Sequence record: PZ445473.1
Reading direction: 5' to 3' (one strand)
From: a phage
Length of the DNA stretch: 64,000 nt
Under the pieces are notes generated by a model. That model was not told where the DNA came from, ran no database searches, and worked only from the letters and a program-made list of their open reading frames with translations. This document shows, piece after piece, positions 1-9,666 of the stretch; the first letter of the stretch is position 1, and the number at the start of each line of letters is the position of its first letter. The translations under genes were made by a program, and so were the position numbers.

Positions 1-1
1 A

Positions 2-124
2 TTTCGTGTTCAGGATAAAACTTTGGAACTCCAAAAGAAAGAAGCTAATGTAACTAAGAAAGAGCAACAAGCCTCTCTCAAAGATTCACGGATTCCAGGC
101 AAACGTCTTGGAAGTAAAAAGTAA
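2..124 (+). CDS. 3' end of a gene that starts upstream of the window (possibly portal, by position before scaffold/capsid)
   Basis: Open frame from window edge to TAA at 122-124; basic C-terminus; immediately upstream of scaffold-capsid genes. Confidence 0.3.
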   Translation, partial: FRVQDKTLELQKKEANVTKKEQQASLKDSRIPGKRLGSKK

Positions 125-133
125 GGACGTCGA

Positions 134-370
134 ATGAACATTAGGCATCAATTCAATAAAGAGCACGCCGCCGCTTTGGCGGCTCTCAACCTTAACGGCA
201 GTCTTGACGCAGCATTAGAGGCATTGAAAGAGAGACTCATGACAGAAATAGTTCAAACTGAACCTCATGAGAATAAGAAACGCGAAGATTGTTATCAAAA
301 GTATAAAATGGTGGGTAGCTTAAAAGAGGTCATAAAAGCTGCTATCAATAGTGCAGGAGATGTTTCATAA
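134..370 (+). CDS. hypothetical small protein
   Basis: 78-aa ORF; stop overlaps start of next gene (TAATG). Confidence 0.45.
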   Translation: MNIRHQFNKEHAAALAALNLNGSLDAALEALKERLMTEIVQTEPHENKKREDCYQKYKMVGSLKEVIKAAINSAGDVS

Positions 371-1455
371 TGCCACAAGATAATTATATTGACCCGAACG
401 ATTTTAAATCTTTCCTCCAACTGGATGACCTGAAGGGTTCTTTCAAAGAAGAACTTGGTCGATTAGAATCTGAACAAGAACCAGAAGTGGACATTGACGA
501 TGAGTTCCCGGAAAAAGACGGTGACGATTTCGACTTTGATACCGACCTTCTCGGTGAAAGCGATGAGCTTAAGTTCGAAGATGAAGATGGTTGGGAAGAT
601 CGTGACGAGGAAGGCGAAGTCGAACAAGATGAGGAAGAATCTGACGAATCAGACGAAAGTTCTGAAGCAGATGAGGAAGACTCAAGCGATGCAGGATATG
701 GAGATGATTCTGCTGACGGTGAAGGTGAAGTCTTTGATGTAGACTATGAAACCGTTATCACCCTTCCTGATGGACGTGAGATGACTATTGAAGAACTCTC
801 CAATGGCTATCTTACTGGTGCTGATATGGCTGAACGTGAGACTACTCTTCAGCGTCACATGGAAGCATTTGAGGAACGTGTAGTAGGTTTGAAGGATGTA
901 TTAGAATTAGCGTCTTTAGAAGCAGACCGAGTAATTGAAGATTACAACGGTTTTGATTGGGACAAGCTTGCAGTAGAAGATCCTCAAGCATATGTTGAAA
1001 ACAAACGTTTCCTAGAGAAGTATACAGCTCGTCGTAACCAGCTTGAACAGGCTCAGATCCGTATTAAGCAGGAAGCAGCAGCTAAAGAGCAGGAAGCTTT
1101 CCAAGCCAAGAGCATTGAATGTGTTAATATTCTGAAACGTGAGATTCCAAATTGGGATGAAAACTTATATCAAAACTTAATGCAATACGCAATTGACTTA
1201 GGTGCTACTGAAGAAGAAGTATTGAAGGAAAACCGTCCGTCTATTTTCCTAGCCCTTCACAAAGCATACCAATTTGATAAAGGTAAGCAGCAGGTGATGG
1301 CTAAGATTAAACGTCCCGGTGCTCCACGCAAGGTTGTGAAGTCTGATGCTGCAAAGTCTCGCACTTCCAATAAGCCAGACAACGCTAAGGTTGCCAAGGC
1401 ATTCGCAGAGGGTCGCGTTAGTCACGAAGACGCATTCAAATTCCTCGTAGATTAA
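370..1455 (+). CDS. putative scaffolding protein (highly acidic N-terminal half, helical C-terminal half)
   Basis: 361 aa; long Asp/Glu runs (DEEESDESDESSEADEED); sits directly upstream of the capsid gene. Confidence 0.5.
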   Translation: MPQDNYIDPNDFKSFLQLDDLKGSFKEELGRLESEQEPEVDIDDEFPEKDGDDFDFDTDLLGESDELKFEDEDGWEDRDEEGEVEQDEEESDESDESSEADEEDSSDAGYGDDSADGEGEVFDVDYETVITLPDGREMTIEELSNGYLTGADMAERETTLQRHMEAFEERVVGLKDVLELASLEADRVIEDYNGFDWDKLAVEDPQAYVENKRFLEKYTARRNQLEQAQIRIKQEAAAKEQEAFQAKSIECVNILKREIPNWDENLYQNLMQYAIDLGATEEEVLKENRPSIFLALHKAYQFDKGKQQVMAKIKRPGAPRKVVKSDAAKSRTSNKPDNAKVAKAFAEGRVSHEDAFKFLVD

Positions 1456-1496
1456 TCGACAAATTAATTATTTAATAGTATAGGAGCTAACATAAC

Positions 1497-2558
1497 ATGG
1501 CTAATCCAACTTTATTTGTATCGTATGACCAGAATGGTAAAAAACTTTCTTTTGCTAACTGGATTTCTGTTCTGTCCCCTCAGGATACTCCGTTCGTATC
1601 TATGACCGGTAAAGAGTCTATCAACCAGACTATCTTTAGCTGGCAGACCGATGCATTGGCAAGCGTTGACGCTAATAACGCACACGTTGAAGGTTCTCGT
1701 GCGGTTGATGGTGAAATGCAACCTACCGTAATCAAATCCAACGTTACTCAGATTCTGCGTAAGGTTGTTAAAGTTTCTGATACCGCTAACACCACCGCTA
1801 ACTACGGTCGTGGTCGTGAACTGATGTATCAGCTGGAGAAGAAAGGTAAAGAGATCAAGCGTGACCTCGAGAAAATCCTTCTGTCCGGTCAGGCTCGTAC
1901 CGATGTTCTGGCTGACCAATACCTGACTAACTCCGCAACTGATCCTTCAGCTGTTGGTCTGAACGACACCCACGCAGCTCGTAAGACTGGTGCTTTCCAG
2001 TTCCTGTGTGCACACAACGGTGTTTCTGCTGGTGTTGTTAAGAAAGAAAATGGCCCTGCTGATCCGGATACTGGTGCAGTAACTGTTAAAGTTGCACAGA
2101 ATGCTTCTAACCCGACCACTAACGTTGGTTTTGATGAAGCTGATATCTTTGATATGACTCTGCAACTGTACACTGCTGGTTCTGAAGCAGATATCATCAT
2201 GATCAACCCTGCTCATGCTAAGATCTTCGCTGGTCTGCAAGAAAACACTCAGGGTTCACGTAAGCGTATCTTTGAGAACACCAAGCAGTTCATCTACGAA
2301 GTTAACAGCATCACTGACCCGCTGGGCCAGAACTACAAAATCATCGTTAACCGTTGGATGCCTACCGATGCAGTTTACTTCTTCCGTAGCGCTGACTGGA
2401 CTCAGATGGTCCTGCGTGCTCCGAAACGTACTGAACTGGCAAAAGATGGTTCTTATGAGAAGTGGATGATTGAAATGGAAGTTGGTCTGCGTCACCGCAA
2501 CCCTTATGCTTCCGGAGTTCTGTTCACTGCTGCGGGAAAGTTGGATCCGCAACAGTAG
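1497..2558 (+). CDS. major capsid protein (short form)
   Basis: 353 aa ORF after scaffold gene; AGGAG RBS at 1482-1486; followed by an in-register -1 frame Ig-like extension and a terminator. Confidence 0.65.
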   Translation: MANPTLFVSYDQNGKKLSFANWISVLSPQDTPFVSMTGKESINQTIFSWQTDALASVDANNAHVEGSRAVDGEMQPTVIKSNVTQILRKVVKVSDTANTTANYGRGRELMYQLEKKGKEIKRDLEKILLSGQARTDVLADQYLTNSATDPSAVGLNDTHAARKTGAFQFLCAHNGVSAGVVKKENGPADPDTGAVTVKVAQNASNPTTNVGFDEADIFDMTLQLYTAGSEADIIMINPAHAKIFAGLQENTQGSRKRIFENTKQFIYEVNSITDPLGQNYKIIVNRWMPTDAVYFFRSADWTQMVLRAPKRTELAKDGSYEKWMIEMEVGLRHRNPYASGVLFTAAGKLDPQQ

Positions 2559-3076
2559 ACAGTGTGACTGTTAGCCCTGCGTCTGTAGAAAGTCTAGAGA
2601 CAGGGGCTACTCAGCAGTTTACTGCAAGCGCTGAGAAGAGTGACGGCTCTACCGAAACAACTGGCTTTACTTGGTCAGTAACAGGAGGCGGCTCTATCAC
2701 TCAGTCTGGTTTGTATACTGCTCCGAGTGCGGCTCAATCCACTGATGTATCCATTACTGCGACTTTAGAGGGTGTTTCTGGTACAGCAACCATTTCTGAA
2801 ATTGTTGATCCTGCCCCTACTATTGTAGCTAAGGGTCCAATTACAGGTAAAACTGGTGGTTCTTCCACTAACTTCACTACCATGTTTACTGTAACTAATT
2901 CTACTGCTGCGGATTACACGTTTGTTGTAACCCCTGAAGAAGCTGGTACAGTAAGCGCTGCTGGTGCGTTAACCTTAGATGATGCTGCAAGTGGCGAAGT
3001 TACTGTTCAAGCAAGTTTGACAGCTGACCCGTCCATCAATGCAACATGCACTTTTACTGGTGTAACACCTGCTTAA
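1497..3076 (+). CDS. major capsid protein long form with C-terminal Ig-like (Big_2-type) domain, produced by -1 frameshift
   Basis: -1 frame ORF 2474-3076 encodes TVSPASVESLETGATQQFTASAEK...GFTWSVTGGGSITQSGLYTAP, a typical bacterial Ig-like pattern; the ORF track starts it at GTG 2564 but the frame is open back to 2474. Confidence 0.5.
2534..2540 (+). other. candidate -1 programmed ribosomal frameshift slippery heptamer G_GGA_AAG
   Basis: GGGAAAG lies in the capsid zero frame as G GGA AAG, 16 nt before the capsid stop; the -1 frame is open from 2474 to 3076. Confidence 0.5.
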
Positions 3077-3083
3077 AATTAGA

Positions 3084-3110
3084 CCCTGCCTTCGGGCGGG
3101 GTTTTTTCGT
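3084..3110 (+). terminator. rho-independent terminator after capsid genes
   Basis: Hairpin CCCTGCC-TTCG-GGCGGGG followed by TTTTTTCGTTTT. Confidence 0.6.
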
Positions 3111-3135
3111 TTTAAGACCTATACAAGCCAGCGTG

Positions 3136-3145
3136 TAATGTATAT
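3136..3145 (+). promoter_or_regulatory. TAATGTATAT motif (putative phage promoter element)
   Basis: One of at least six intergenic copies of TAATGTATA, here 33 nt upstream of the ATG at 3178. Confidence 0.4.
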
Positions 3146-3177
3146 TCTTTGTCTACATATAACAAGGAGGACAACCT

Positions 3178-3930
3178 ATGGCAATGCCAGATGTTCAATA
3201 CCCCATCAATACCTATGGGTGGCTAAAGAAGGCCGTGGCCCTCTGGGCAGATAGGGACGATGACGAATTTGTTAATCAAATTCCAAACTTTATTAACTTT
3301 GCAGAGAAAGAGATTTATCGTAACTTACGTATCCCTCCTCTGGAAAAAGAAGTGTATTTAGATATTAAAGATGGAGTAGCTTACATTCCTCCTGATTACC
3401 TAGAAGCTCAATGGATGATGAGAGCCAAAGATGGTACAATCTTCCAAGTAACCTCTCCTGAAGAGATTAGCTATCGTAGACAGCATGGAACAATTAATCC
3501 ATCTCATTGGAATAACCAACCTGTTAACTTTGCTCGTTTCGGTAGTCGTTTCATTTTCTACCCTAGCATCGAAGCAGATACTCCGTACTACCCTGATGAT
3601 GGAAGCCCTTTGATTCCAGCAGAAAACTCAGTAATTCTTAGCTATTATGCAGACCCACCGGAATTCCACGAAGATGAAGATACTAGTGCAATCCTCACTA
3701 TCGCACCAGAACTTCTTCTGTATTTCACTCTGCGTCATGCTTGCTTATTTGTTCAAGATGATAACGGAGTTCAGAAATGGTCAGCATTAGGAAAAGCTAT
3801 CCTTGATGAAATGGTAGAACAGAATAAGAAACAAGAGTACTCAGGTTCACCTATCGCAATTCCGAATAACATGACTCGACTTCAGAGCAGCTTGCCTGAT
3901 ATTTATGGTATTCGTACTTCTCGTGTATAA
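3178..3930 (+). CDS. hypothetical virion protein
   Basis: 250 aa ORF with AGGAGG RBS; located between capsid and tail fiber genes. Confidence 0.5.
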   Translation: MAMPDVQYPINTYGWLKKAVALWADRDDDEFVNQIPNFINFAEKEIYRNLRIPPLEKEVYLDIKDGVAYIPPDYLEAQWMMRAKDGTIFQVTSPEEISYRRQHGTINPSHWNNQPVNFARFGSRFIFYPSIEADTPYYPDDGSPLIPAENSVILSYYADPPEFHEDEDTSAILTIAPELLLYFTLRHACLFVQDDNGVQKWSALGKAILDEMVEQNKKQEYSGSPIAIPNNMTRLQSSLPDIYGIRTSRV

Positions 3931-3939
3931 GGAGATAAT

Positions 3940-6588
3940 ATGATCGTTTATAATAACCAAGCACCTGATGCAGTGAATAACGTTGGGCAGTTTGGTGCTA
4001 CTGAAGGTTCTATCGGAGCTTACAAGCAAGCAGCAGAATATGCAGCTGATTCTAAGTATTGGTCACTGTTGGCAGAGGCTAAGTTTGGTACAGTTGATGA
4101 CTTGATTGCTCAGGTTGAGATTCTATACAAACAAGGTGTTCTATTAAAAGAAGATATTGAAGACTTAAAACAAGACTTCATTGCACAAGACTCTCGTTTG
4201 ATGAACCTCATTGCTCAAACTAACGCAGCTGTAGCTGATGCAAATAATGCAGTTGCTCTGATTAATCAGAAACTTGTAGAAGTTCAGAATCAACTCGACG
4301 TTCTGTTGGGAATGTCTGTTGACGTAACTACACTTCCTCCGGGAACTCCGGCTACTGGCTCTTTTAATCCGAACACTGGTGTAATCTCTCTGGGTATCCC
4401 AGAAGGTGATCCCGGAAAGGATGGTTCTGTTACTGACCTATCTGCTGCTCCTACCGGTACACCGGAGCTGGGGGACATCGGTTTCTATGTTGACAAAGAT
4501 GATAACATTGTTCACAAAACAACTCTCGAAGATATTGCAAACCTGATCCCATCTGTTCGTTCTGTTTCAGTTAACGATGGCCCTGCGCTTGATGGTGAAG
4601 TTGCTCTTACACTCAACAAAGAGACGGTAGGTCTTGGGAACGTTTTGAACGTGGCTCAGTACAGCCGCCAAGAGATTAATGATAAGTTTGACAAAACAAC
4701 TAAAACCTACCAATCGAAAGCCGAAGCTGATGCGGATGCTCAATACCGACAGGTAGGAGAAAAGGTTTTGGTGTGGGACTCAACGAAGTATGAATTCTAT
4801 ACTGTTGCAGCGAATAAAACCCTTACTCCGGTTAAAACAGAAGGTCGTATCCTAACTGTTAACTCCCGTGCTCCTGATTCAACTGGTAACATCGATATCG
4901 TAATCCCAACAGGAAACCCATCTTTGTATTTAGGGGAGATGGTAATGTTCCCTTATGACCCAGCTAAAGCTGTCTCCTATCCGGGCATTCTTCCTGCGGA
5001 CGGTCGTTTGGTGTCAAAAGAATCTGCTTTGGATTTAGGCCCATCCCTTATCAGTGGACAACTCCCTGTTGTTTCTGAAACAGAGTGGCAAGCTGGTGCT
5101 AAGCAGTATTTCTCTTGGGGTAAATTAGCCGATGGCATCACTGATGCAGATTCTACTAACTATATCAATATCCGTCTTCCTGATTGGACAGGCGGTGAGG
5201 CTATTCGATCCCCTGATTCTGTAAAAGACAGTGCATATAAAGGTAATGTTCAAAGTCAGGTCCCTTATGTAGTCACTGTAAATAACCAAGCTCCTGATGA
5301 GATTACAGGTAACGTCAATATCTCCAGATCTATCTTAGGTGCTGCTGCTGCTGGTGCAAACTCTGATATAACATCTATGACTGGACTTACGACAGCGCTG
5401 TCTGTTAATCAGGGTGGAACAGGGGCGAAGAATGCCAGTGACGCCAGATCTAACTTAGGACTTGGTTCTGTTTCTACATTAAACAATATTCCAGTAGAAA
5501 ATGGTGGTACAGGTGCTAGTACTGCTGATGGTGCTAAGTCTAATTTAGGCGTAGACAGAATAGAACAAAGCTCTTGGGAGACTAAGATCTTTTCTCCGAA
5601 TAGAGAAACCTACATGTTTGTCGATAATAACGGATGGGGGTGTTACCGTACCACATCTGGATTGGCTGGTGATGTAGCTTTGTCAGTTGAAAGAGGGGGC
5701 ACCGGAGCAACAAATGCTGTAGAGGCTAGATCTAACTTGGGTTTAGGTTCTGTTGCCACTCTTAGTAATGTACCAATCGCTAGTGGTGGTACAGGTGCTA
5801 GTGATGCTGCCGGTGCAAGGTTTAATTTGGGGTTGGGAAATGTTTCTACTCTGGACAACGTACCAGTCGCTAGTGGTGGTACAGGTGCTAGTGATGCTGC
5901 CGGTGCCCGAAGCAACCTCGGAGCGCTGAGTAACACTCCAGCAAACACAGGTGCAGGTAATACTGGTGCGCGAGTCCAACATGCCACCGGAAGAGGTCTG
6001 TTTACTTTAGACATGTTTAACTGCTACTGGTATATGCAGCCAGAGGATACTAACTTCTGGGTTGCCCACGGTGTGTCATATGCAGGGCCTAATGGCGAAG
6101 CCTCAGAGTATGGTCGTATATCTTACGCAATAAAGATTGCAGATGGAACAACAAAATATGTCCATTGTCTTACAAACAAAAACACCATCATTGATACAGG
6201 CGGATTTATCAAAGCGGCATCTCCGGTAGTTAACATTTATGCCAACGGTCGGTATGAAACGAACGATGAGTCTGAGGGGGTTAGTGTCATCCGGCAGGGT
6301 ATTGGTGAATATCTGATTACCGGTTGCCTCGGTCTTAACTCTGATGCAAGATGGGGTGGAGTGGATGGGGGGTTTGAAATCCCAACAGATCGCAACAAGC
6401 AACCTAGGATTTGGCTGGACTATGAGGTTAAAGAAGATGGTTCTATTTTAGTTAAAACCTATCACAGAACTCACCCAACCTCTCCAGTTTTTGCTAGAAA
6501 CGAGATAGAAGGTTTTTCTGATGGGGACCCTATTGATATTCCAAGTGATGCTTTTATCTCAGTTCGTGTAGAGATGCCAGCTGAGTAA
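3940..6588 (+). CDS. tail fiber protein with glycine-rich phage tail-fiber repeats
   Basis: 882 aa; repeated GGTGA..ARSNLGLGSV.TL.NVP.ASGGTGASDAAGAR units matching the phage tail fibre repeat pattern. Confidence 0.65.
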   Translation: MIVYNNQAPDAVNNVGQFGATEGSIGAYKQAAEYAADSKYWSLLAEAKFGTVDDLIAQVEILYKQGVLLKEDIEDLKQDFIAQDSRLMNLIAQTNAAVADANNAVALINQKLVEVQNQLDVLLGMSVDVTTLPPGTPATGSFNPNTGVISLGIPEGDPGKDGSVTDLSAAPTGTPELGDIGFYVDKDDNIVHKTTLEDIANLIPSVRSVSVNDGPALDGEVALTLNKETVGLGNVLNVAQYSRQEINDKFDKTTKTYQSKAEADADAQYRQVGEKVLVWDSTKYEFYTVAANKTLTPVKTEGRILTVNSRAPDSTGNIDIVIPTGNPSLYLGEMVMFPYDPAKAVSYPGILPADGRLVSKESALDLGPSLISGQLPVVSETEWQAGAKQYFSWGKLADGITDADSTNYINIRLPDWTGGEAIRSPDSVKDSAYKGNVQSQVPYVVTVNNQAPDEITGNVNISRSILGAAAAGANSDITSMTGLTTALSVNQGGTGAKNASDARSNLGLGSVSTLNNIPVENGGTGASTADGAKSNLGVDRIEQSSWETKIFSPNRETYMFVDNNGWGCYRTTSGLAGDVALSVERGGTGATNAVEARSNLGLGSVATLSNVPIASGGTGASDAAGARFNLGLGNVSTLDNVPVASGGTGASDAAGARSNLGALSNTPANTGAGNTGARVQHATGRGLFTLDMFNCYWYMQPEDTNFWVAHGVSYAGPNGEASEYGRISYAIKIADGTTKYVHCLTNKNTIIDTGGFIKAASPVVNIYANGRYETNDESEGVSVIRQGIGEYLITGCLGLNSDARWGGVDGGFEIPTDRNKQPRIWLDYEVKEDGSILVKTYHRTHPTSPVFARNEIEGFSDGDPIDIPSDAFISVRVEMPAE
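5401..5925 (+). repeat. tandem coding repeats within tail fiber gene, including an exact 40-bp direct repeat
   Basis: TCGCTAGTGGTGGTACAGGTGCTAGTGATGCTGCCGGTGC occurs identically at 5777-5816 and 5867-5906. Confidence 0.8.
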
Positions 6589-6597
6589 ATAAAACAT

Positions 6598-6618
6598 GCT
6601 CCCTTCGGGGAGCTTTAT
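6598..6618 (+). terminator. terminator-like hairpin
   Basis: GCTCCC-TTCG-GGGAGC then TTTAT, just after the stop at 6588. Confidence 0.45.
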
Positions 6619-6630
6619 GGAGGATTATAA

Positions 6631-8820
6631 ATGTCTAGAGAATTAATGCCCAAATCTGGGATAATGATGCCTCATGTGGTAGTTACTAGAGATGCCGCAG
6701 TTGTGGGTGTGTCTACAGTTGATGGCGTGGCAGGTGCTGTTAATTTAACAGATAAATATCTACAAAAGTCTGATGCTGAAGCAACATATCAAACGAAAGC
6801 AGAAGGGGCTACTAAGCAATATGTAACCGATGTTATTAACCCTATTATGACAAATGCTCTGTTTAAAGATGACCCTTTTGTCAATAATGATACACCTATC
6901 CGCTCTGGTGGTGGTAATGGTGTTGAATCAGTGGATATGATTAAAGTTACTCCCGAGAACTCTATCAAACTAGGGAGTTATGCTTCTTCTGTTCAGGGGG
7001 TTGAGATTCACTCTGCTGGTCGTGTTCAGGTTGTTGATCAGAATGATGGTGGAGTAGAAACTAAGTATCCTGTTTATTCTAAACGTTATCGTCCTGAGAT
7101 TGAGGATTTGCCTTTTGCTGCTATTGGTTCTTATGTTAAAGATTCCAAGGGTCGTACTATTGGGGTTACTCGTACAGGGATTAACTCTGATATCAAACAG
7201 CTTACTCAGAAGGTGACTTTCACTCAACCAGTTACTGTTCCTGATGCAGTTGGAGATTATGATGCGGTTACTTTGAGACAGCTTCGAAACAGTGGTGGTG
7301 GTTCTGGTGGTCCTACCATGAGTGGTATTTCTAACTTTGGTATTGGTGATTTCCACTTACGAGACAGTCGAGCTTTTATCCCAGCTTTTGAAGTGTTTTC
7401 TGATGGGCAGCTTCTAAATCGTGCTGATTATCCAGACCTGTGGGCTTATGCACAGCTGTTATCCCCTATTGAAGACTCTTTGTGGCTAGAAGACCCTTAT
7501 CAAAGAGGCAGATACTCTAAGGGTGATGGCACAACTACTTTCCGTGTTCCAGACCGAAATGGTATTCAGTCTAATTCCCTTCCGGCTCTTTATGGACGAG
7601 GTGATGGTGGTGCTTCCGCAGCTAATGGTCAAGTGTTTGATTCTGCGGCCCCAGACATTATCGGCTCTGTTGCATCATACTCTGCTGGAACTTATGCCCA
7701 GCTTTTTGGAATAGCTACCAATGCATTTGAATCTAACAATGCCTTCTTTCCTGAAGGTGCAGGGGATACAATACCTCCGGGGTCTGGGCCAGTCGATGGT
7801 CGATATAACACTATTGAGTTTAAGGCTTCCAGATATAATGGAATTTACGGTCGCAGTAACTCAGAAATCATGGGTCGTAACTTTGTAGGTGTTTGGACTA
7901 TTCGTGCGCATGGTGGTTTTACTGCTGCTAATACTTCTTGGTCAGTAATCAATAGTGATGCTTCAGAACCACCTACAGGTACTCCTATTACTGGTGGATT
8001 GGTTTCTTCTAAGTATGTAGTCGGAGGTGTTGATAAGTACCGTTCTTCCATACAACTACTAGGTGCTAACGAAGTTGATCTGTCTACGAGAATTACCACC
8101 ATAAATGATAGATATGCAATTGGGGCAGCTACTTGGGATTTTAAACTGGATGGGAAACTACTTTTTAATAAATCACTTACCCCCAATGGGACAGGCTATT
8201 CTCCCGGAAACACCTATCTAACATTAGCCAACACTTGGATGACCTCTCCTTATAGTGGGTATGTTGGGTTTGTTGGGGGCGGCGTTGGTGTTTCTGGTGG
8301 CGGTTGGAGAAACTTCATCTCTTTAGGTTCTTTGATTTTCCCTGATACGAGTCATCCTACTGCTGTTATTTCTCAGGTTTATGATTATGACCTTTCTACA
8401 GGAAACCAACCTAATGGGGATATTGTCAGAAATACCTCTTTCAATGCTGGGAGTTATGATATCACTTTCGGTAACAACTCCGGTACAGTAAACTACCTCT
8501 TCAGTAAGTCCCCTGTGTCTGATGAGAATAAAAAGCATGATATCACCCCCATCAGTACAGAACAAGCCCTTCTTAATATAAACAAGATGAAATACAGCTC
8601 ATTCATCTATAATTATGATGAGAAGAATATTGTTCGCAGAGGCTTTATTGCTCAGCAACTAGAGAAGATTGACAGTCAATATGTACGTAAGTACAAAGAT
8701 GCTACTGGAGGTGAAACACTCTCTTTGGATGAGAACGTTCTGCTTTTGGATGCACTAGCTGCAATCCAAGAACTTACCAAAAAGGTTGAAGTTCTAGAAG
8801 CGAAGTTAGCAGGTAAGTAA
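6631..8820 (+). CDS. tail fiber/tail spike protein with C-terminal intramolecular chaperone (peptidase S74-like) domain
   Basis: 729 aa; C-terminus DENKKHDITPISTEQALLNINKMKYSSFIYNYDE...GFIAQQLEKIDSQYV...LLDALAAIQELTKKVEVLEAKLA resembles auto-cleaving chaperone domains of phage fibers; GGAGG RBS. Confidence 0.65.
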   Translation: MSRELMPKSGIMMPHVVVTRDAAVVGVSTVDGVAGAVNLTDKYLQKSDAEATYQTKAEGATKQYVTDVINPIMTNALFKDDPFVNNDTPIRSGGGNGVESVDMIKVTPENSIKLGSYASSVQGVEIHSAGRVQVVDQNDGGVETKYPVYSKRYRPEIEDLPFAAIGSYVKDSKGRTIGVTRTGINSDIKQLTQKVTFTQPVTVPDAVGDYDAVTLRQLRNSGGGSGGPTMSGISNFGIGDFHLRDSRAFIPAFEVFSDGQLLNRADYPDLWAYAQLLSPIEDSLWLEDPYQRGRYSKGDGTTTFRVPDRNGIQSNSLPALYGRGDGGASAANGQVFDSAAPDIIGSVASYSAGTYAQLFGIATNAFESNNAFFPEGAGDTIPPGSGPVDGRYNTIEFKASRYNGIYGRSNSEIMGRNFVGVWTIRAHGGFTAANTSWSVINSDASEPPTGTPITGGLVSSKYVVGGVDKYRSSIQLLGANEVDLSTRITTINDRYAIGAATWDFKLDGKLLFNKSLTPNGTGYSPGNTYLTLANTWMTSPYSGYVGFVGGGVGVSGGGWRNFISLGSLIFPDTSHPTAVISQVYDYDLSTGNQPNGDIVRNTSFNAGSYDITFGNNSGTVNYLFSKSPVSDENKKHDITPISTEQALLNINKMKYSSFIYNYDEKNIVRRGFIAQQLEKIDSQYVRKYKDATGGETLSLDENVLLLDALAAIQELTKKVEVLEAKLAGK

Positions 8821-8826
8821 TCTAGT

Positions 8827-8845
8827 AGCCCCTTCGGGGGCTTTA
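8827..8845 (+). terminator. terminator-like hairpin
   Basis: AGCCCC-TTCG-GGGGCT downstream of stop at 8820; weak U tract. Confidence 0.4.
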
Positions 8846-8914
8846 GTAGTAAGTACCCTTAGTAAGTAATGAAACTAATATATCCCAAGAGGTTAATATA
8901 TAGGAGACACTCAA

Positions 8915-9133
8915 ATGAAAATGATGAAACAAGCTGCATATGGTTTAGTTTGTTTAGGTGCAGGTGTTGTGGTGTCAACCGCAGTTCCTGTAGGCGCAGT
9001 TCTTCCATTAGTAACTGTCCCTGCTCCAGTAGAGAAACTTAGTTCTCAATGTAAGCAGCGAACCATTCAAAATAATCTAGTTGTTATTTGTCCTGATGCT
9101 GAATCTAACGCTCTGAGAAAGATACTACCTTAA
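8915..9133 (+). CDS. small hydrophobic/signal-peptide protein (possible holin or lysis accessory protein)
   Basis: 72 aa; N-terminal hydrophobic stretch LVCLGAGVVVSTAVPVGAVLPLV; immediately upstream of lysozyme. Confidence 0.45.
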   Translation: MKMMKQAAYGLVCLGAGVVVSTAVPVGAVLPLVTVPAPVEKLSSQCKQRTIQNNLVVICPDAESNALRKILP

Positions 9134-9162
9134 TTTAAAGGGACCACAAAAGGAGGTTAGAA

Positions 9163-9654
9163 ATGGATAACGCCGCATTGCCACCTGTACAACTAAACTT
9201 AAGTCCAGCTGGAATGGAATTCATCATGAAGCATGAGGGTATGAGAACCAAGGCTTATAAAGATTCCGCAGGTATCTGGACGATATGTGTAGGGGCTACG
9301 CGCGATATGAATGGTTATCCGGTTAGACAAGGATTAACGTATTCTATAGAGGATTGTCTAGCTCTGCTAGATAGAGACACACAAGACTCTGTTCGTGCTA
9401 CTCAGAAGAACATAAAGGTTCCTTTACTAGTTCATGAGTTTGATGCACTCACTTCTTTCAGCTTCAATGTTGGCAGTGGTGCTTTGAGCACATCTAAGTT
9501 AAGGAAGGTTATCAATGGAGAGGTCAAAGGTGATGTATACTCAGAGTTTCTTCGTTGGGATAAAATTACGGTGAATGGAGAGAAGCAGAGGAGTCAGGGT
9601 CTTCATAACAGAAGGGTTGCAGAAGCTGATCTTTACACCGAAGGTAAATATTAA
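9163..9654 (+). CDS. T4-type lysozyme (glycoside hydrolase family 24)
   Basis: 163 aa; HEGMRTKAYKDSAGIWTICVGAT matches the T4 lysozyme catalytic region (EG..L..YKD..G..TIG.G). Confidence 0.75.
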   Translation: MDNAALPPVQLNLSPAGMEFIMKHEGMRTKAYKDSAGIWTICVGATRDMNGYPVRQGLTYSIEDCLALLDRDTQDSVRATQKNIKVPLLVHEFDALTSFSFNVGSGALSTSKLRKVINGEVKGDVYSEFLRWDKITVNGEKQRSQGLHNRRVAEADLYTEGKY

Positions 9655-9666
9655 TGGAGGTGCCTT

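Noticed and set aside
494-6402. Many ORFs of 60-135 aa on the opposite strand or in alternative frames inside large structural genes (for example 494-742, 1512-1919, 1889-2206, 4290-4478, 5643-6014, 6103-6402)
   Set aside because: They are fully embedded in long, well-supported genes, lack RBS, and have repetitive or low-complexity translations typical of antisense reading of biased coding sequence.
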